A stretch of 64,000 bases of DNA from the sequence record DRR378314_468, one strand, 5' to 3'. Below are positions 60,719-64,000 of this stretch, piece after piece. The notes under the pieces were generated by a model. The model saw nothing but the letters and a program-made list of their open reading frames with translations. It was not told the origin of the DNA and did not search any database. The position numbers were made by a program, and so were the translations under genes. How positions within the stretch are numbered: the first letter of the stretch is position 1; every line of letters starts with the position of its first letter.

Positions 60719-61909
60719 ATGCTAAAAAAACAACAATTTCTATTTTTTGTTTTTGCCACTAATGCACTTTTGTATTCTTTGGTTTATTTTTTCCCTGTTA
60801 ATAATTACGGAGAACCCCAAATCCCAATTATTTTAAAATTGATTTTTGATTTTTTTTCTTTGGGTCTTTTAGTTGTTTTTGGTCTAAAAAGAAAAATGGA
60901 CGATGTCCGACTTACTGGACTGTTTTTTTTGATAATAATTGTTTTAGTTGGGATTTTACATATTCCGCACACATCTATTGCTGACTATCTACATTTTACA
61001 ATTAGAAACATCTGTTTTTATGCATTATTACTATTTGTTGATTATTATCCCAAAATCAACAAGGAAAGCTTTAGACGCTTTCATGAAGGCCTTTTTAAAT
61101 TTATTTTGATTTTTGGATTAATCCTCTTCACTCTTCAAAAAGCTGGAGTCCCAAATCCATTTCCTTTTAAAACATGGTTATGGGAAGGGAATAGACTGAT
61201 TACTTCTTGGCTCAACCCAAATTCATTGGGATTCTACTTGATTTTTTATCTTTTCTATTTTTATAGTAAGTACGGTAGATTAATTCCTTTAGTTGGACTA
61301 ATAATCATAAGTATTTTCTTAACTGGTTCTATTACTGCAATTATTGGTACTATTCTTTTTTTAATTTTTTTGCTCTTAAAATTCTTTTCTTCAAAAAAGC
61401 TGAAGGCAAGTTATATATTGGCTATTTTGATTTTATTGCCGGCAGGAGCATATTTTGCAGTTTCCTTAGGAGCATTGGATTATATTTTATTTAAAATCGA
61501 TGTCCTTTTTATAAAAAAGGAAAAAATTTACACATCTGTTTCAACCAGGATTGAAAACATAAATGATTTGATAGTATATCTTAGGCCTGAAAACATTTTG
61601 TCTATTCTTTTGGGTGATTTTAACACTGATACCTATAGAAGACTAGATAGTCAATATCTAAATGTTTTTTATAACTATGGATTAATAGGATTAATGAGCT
61701 ACCTTGTTTTTTTAATATCGGTTTTTCTTAAGCTAAAAAACCATTTGAATAACGAATATTCAAGAGCATTTTTTTTGCTTAGTATCTGGCTTTATTTAGT
61801 AGCCTTTAATCTGACTGCTTATTTGTACAGACCCAATGTTGCAGTGTTTTACTATCTTATGTTAGTATATACGTTATCCAACCAAAAAAAGCAAACAGTA
61901 TTTGATTAA
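60719..61909 (+). CDS. Putative Wzy polysaccharide polymerase
   Basis: About 11 TM; NPNSLG and DSQYL..F.NYGLIG loop motifs. Confidence 0.65.
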   Translation: MLKKQQFLFFVFATNALLYSLVYFFPVNNYGEPQIPIILKLIFDFFSLGLLVVFGLKRKMDDVRLTGLFFLIIIVLVGILHIPHTSIADYLHFTIRNICFYALLLFVDYYPKINKESFRRFHEGLFKFILIFGLILFTLQKAGVPNPFPFKTWLWEGNRLITSWLNPNSLGFYLIFYLFYFYSKYGRLIPLVGLIIISIFLTGSITAIIGTILFLIFLLLKFFSSKKLKASYILAILILLPAGAYFAVSLGALDYILFKIDVLFIKKEKIYTSVSTRIENINDLIVYLRPENILSILLGDFNTDTYRRLDSQYLNVFYNYGLIGLMSYLVFLISVFLKLKNHLNNEYSRAFFLLSIWLYLVAFNLTAYLYRPNVAVFYYLMLVYTLSNQKKQTVFD

Positions 61910-63185
61910 GATCTTTCAAAACATCAAACCTATAAAAGTTGAGGCATTTGTGACACATTCGAGAATAAACATAAACGAGATTTTGTTGGGACTTGTACTC
62001 TTCTCGCTACCTATATCCCTAAAAATCAACTCTCTTTGCCTAATAATTTTGGCCATTTATAATTTTACTCTCAGAGTAAGACTACGATCAACCGCTGGCT
62101 TAAATATTTTTGGAGTTTTGTTAGTTTTTTTTTTAATTCAATTGTTGAGTTTTTTTTTAAGTTCAAACGGTGAAGAAGCAACAAAAAAACTCATATTATT
62201 CCTATGTTTTCCGACATTTTTCCTGATATATCCCACAAATAAAATTAGAGTTGAAAAAATATTTCTCTATTTGATTTATGGAACTTTGAGTATTGGCATA
62301 TATGCATTTATAAGGGCTACTTATGAGGTTTTAATTTATAATGTAAGATATGATTACGGAAGAGGCCCTGAATTACTTTTGAAATTTGTTCCACACCACG
62401 CCTATTTTTCGATGTTTATTATAATATCGATTCTTACTATTTTTTGTTTAGTTGGCAATAAAAAGGTAAAACCGGCATTTTTGTTACTTACCCCAGCACT
62501 TTTATTCTACCTATTTATCTTGCCGTCTAGAACGGCTCTTTTAGTTACTTTTCTTGTTTTGCCGTTTTTTTTGTTTTCGTTTTTAAGGAAACGATATGAT
62601 ATAAAAATAATTGTTGGTATCGGCATTTTGGCATTAACCATTGTAGCCTTTATTGGGTTTCATATTGACTTTACCAGAGATAAACTAATTTATGCCTTCT
62701 ACGAGTTATTCAATATTGCCACCGAGGAAAAGCCCTTTATGGGAATATCTAAGAGGGAAAAAATATGGCATTCAAGTATTGGCCTTTTTCAAAACTTACC
62801 CATCTGGGGATATGGTATTGGAGATGTCCAAGAAGTTCTGGACAAAAAATATATGGAATTGGGATATGATGAGGTTAAAGGTTATAATGCCCATAACCAA
62901 TTTCTGCAGTTTGTGTTACAGTATGGATTTCTCCTTTCAATTCTAATTTTAATTCTTATAGCGAGAATATTGACTTTGCTGGTAAAAAAGAAAGAAGAGC
63001 TTTTATTGTCTTTTTGGATTGTATTGTTGATGTTCTGTCTTTCAGAATCTATATTGAACAGACAATGGGGAGTGGTTTTTTTTTCCATACTTTTATGCTT
63101 TTCTTGTTATAAAATTTATTTTGAAAAATTACATAATTATAATTCTTTTCATACCCTAGAAACGGGAAAGACAAAAGACCCTTGA
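61902..63185 (+). CDS. O-antigen ligase-like (Wzy_C) membrane protein
   Basis: SRTA, R..IW.....P.WGYG.G, NAHNQFL motifs. Confidence 0.78.
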   Translation: MIKIFQNIKPIKVEAFVTHSRININEILLGLVLFSLPISLKINSLCLIILAIYNFTLRVRLRSTAGLNIFGVLLVFFLIQLLSFFLSSNGEEATKKLILFLCFPTFFLIYPTNKIRVEKIFLYLIYGTLSIGIYAFIRATYEVLIYNVRYDYGRGPELLLKFVPHHAYFSMFIIISILTIFCLVGNKKVKPAFLLLTPALLFYLFILPSRTALLVTFLVLPFFLFSFLRKRYDIKIIVGIGILALTIVAFIGFHIDFTRDKLIYAFYELFNIATEEKPFMGISKREKIWHSSIGLFQNLPIWGYGIGDVQEVLDKKYMELGYDEVKGYNAHNQFLQFVLQYGFLLSILILILIARILTLLVKKKEELLLSFWIVLLMFCLSESILNRQWGVVFFSILLCFSCYKIYFEKLHNYNSFHTLETGKTKDP

Positions 63186-63356
63186 AAAAAGGAGACTATT
63201 GAAATGAAGTCAGGGATGAATTTACGAATCTTTCAAACATTCGATGCCGTTAGTGGTTTAGCGGAAATAGTTGTGTTATTAGTACGTTTCAATAGTCTTC
63301 TATTTTTAAGATTATTGTTTAATGGCCCTGTTAATAATAATTAGTAGATAGTTTTA

Positions 63357-64000
63357 ATGAAAGTTGCTATTATTTTTGGTGGTTCAGGTTATATAGGATC
63401 ACATTTGGTAGAAATATTGTCCAATGGGGACGTGTTTGATCGATTGTTTGTTTGTGACATTCATGAACCAAAATTTTGTATAGAATCGCATTCTAAGGAT
63501 AACGTTTCTTTTTTCTTATGCGATGTTAGGGTTCCAATAAATATTCCGTTGCACAAGATTGATATGGATAATAGCTGGGTTTTCAATTTCGCGGCGGTAC
63601 ATAGAGAACCTGGGCATGAATTTCAAGAGTATTTTGATACAAATATACCAGGGGCGGAGAACATTATTAAATTCGCCAATAAAACAGGTGTAAAGAATAT
63701 TTTGTTCACAAGCAGCATTGCCCCGTATGGTAAATCTATAGAAGAACGAACTGAAAAATCACCACTCTATCCGGAAACAGGCTATGGTATATCCAAGGCG
63801 CTTGCAGAGCAAATACATCAAAAATGGTTGGCAGAAGACCAATCTAAAAGACTTATTATTGTAAGACCCAGTGTTATTTTTGGCCCCAAAGACCCAGGTA
63901 ATGTTTATAGAATGATAAAGGGCATTAAAAAAGGAACATTTGTATTGCCCAATGGAGGAAATATCATCAAAGCCTACGGGTATATTTATGGATTGATTGA
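63357..64000 (+). CDS. NAD-dependent epimerase/dehydratase, truncated at the window end
   Basis: MKVAIIFGGSGYIG, FNFAAVHREPGH, FTSS, YGISK; open frame to the end of the window. Confidence 0.88.
   Translation, partial: MKVAIIFGGSGYIGSHLVEILSNGDVFDRLFVCDIHEPKFCIESHSKDNVSFFLCDVRVPINIPLHKIDMDNSWVFNFAAVHREPGHEFQEYFDTNIPGAENIIKFANKTGVKNILFTSSIAPYGKSIEERTEKSPLYPETGYGISKALAEQIHQKWLAEDQSKRLIIVRPSVIFGPKDPGNVYRMIKGIKKGTFVLPNGGNIIKAYGYIYGLI

Noticed and set aside
63204-63344. 46-codon ORF preceded by AGGAG
   Set aside because: No recognisable features; Shine-Dalgarno motifs are generally not used in Bacteroidota, so this is weak support.

Overview
Core-genome window from a Flavobacteriaceae chromosome (Bacteroidota; gene set, T9SS genes and TAnnTTTG promoters suggest a marine lineage such as Muricauda/Flagellimonas, which is an inference). 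From left to right: a truncated tRNA-Cys, a second atypical tRNA-Cys-like gene, folB, a complete sprCDBF gliding-adhesin operon with a 4756-aa SprB, glnS, a YtxH/holin-like/small-protein triplet, an SPFH gene and gltX. Next is a DUF4175-like/ybeY/mnmG block carrying two parS palindromes (so probably origin-proximal), then skp/ompH, small membrane proteins, holB, pgk-mltD-lipoprotein, a PorE-like OmpA protein and tatA. An M23-GH3-unknown gene trio runs into an AT-rich surface polysaccharide locus (wzz-like, rml, pseudaminic acid genes with an added formyltransferase and no pseG in the window, wzx, KpsS-like transferase, wzy/ligase, epimerase cut by the window end). No mobile element, prophage or CRISPR was seen. 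Best leads: (1) a structurally conserved tRNA-Cys paralogue with its own promoter motif and a non-canonical anticodon loop (C33, C32-G38); (2) the GH3 ligase neighbour, which has AMP-nucleosidase-like motifs; (3) a probable N-formyl-pseudaminic acid pathway; (4) a parS site encoded inside ybeY next to a large membrane coiled-coil protein. All family calls come from motif recognition by eye; no database searches were run.
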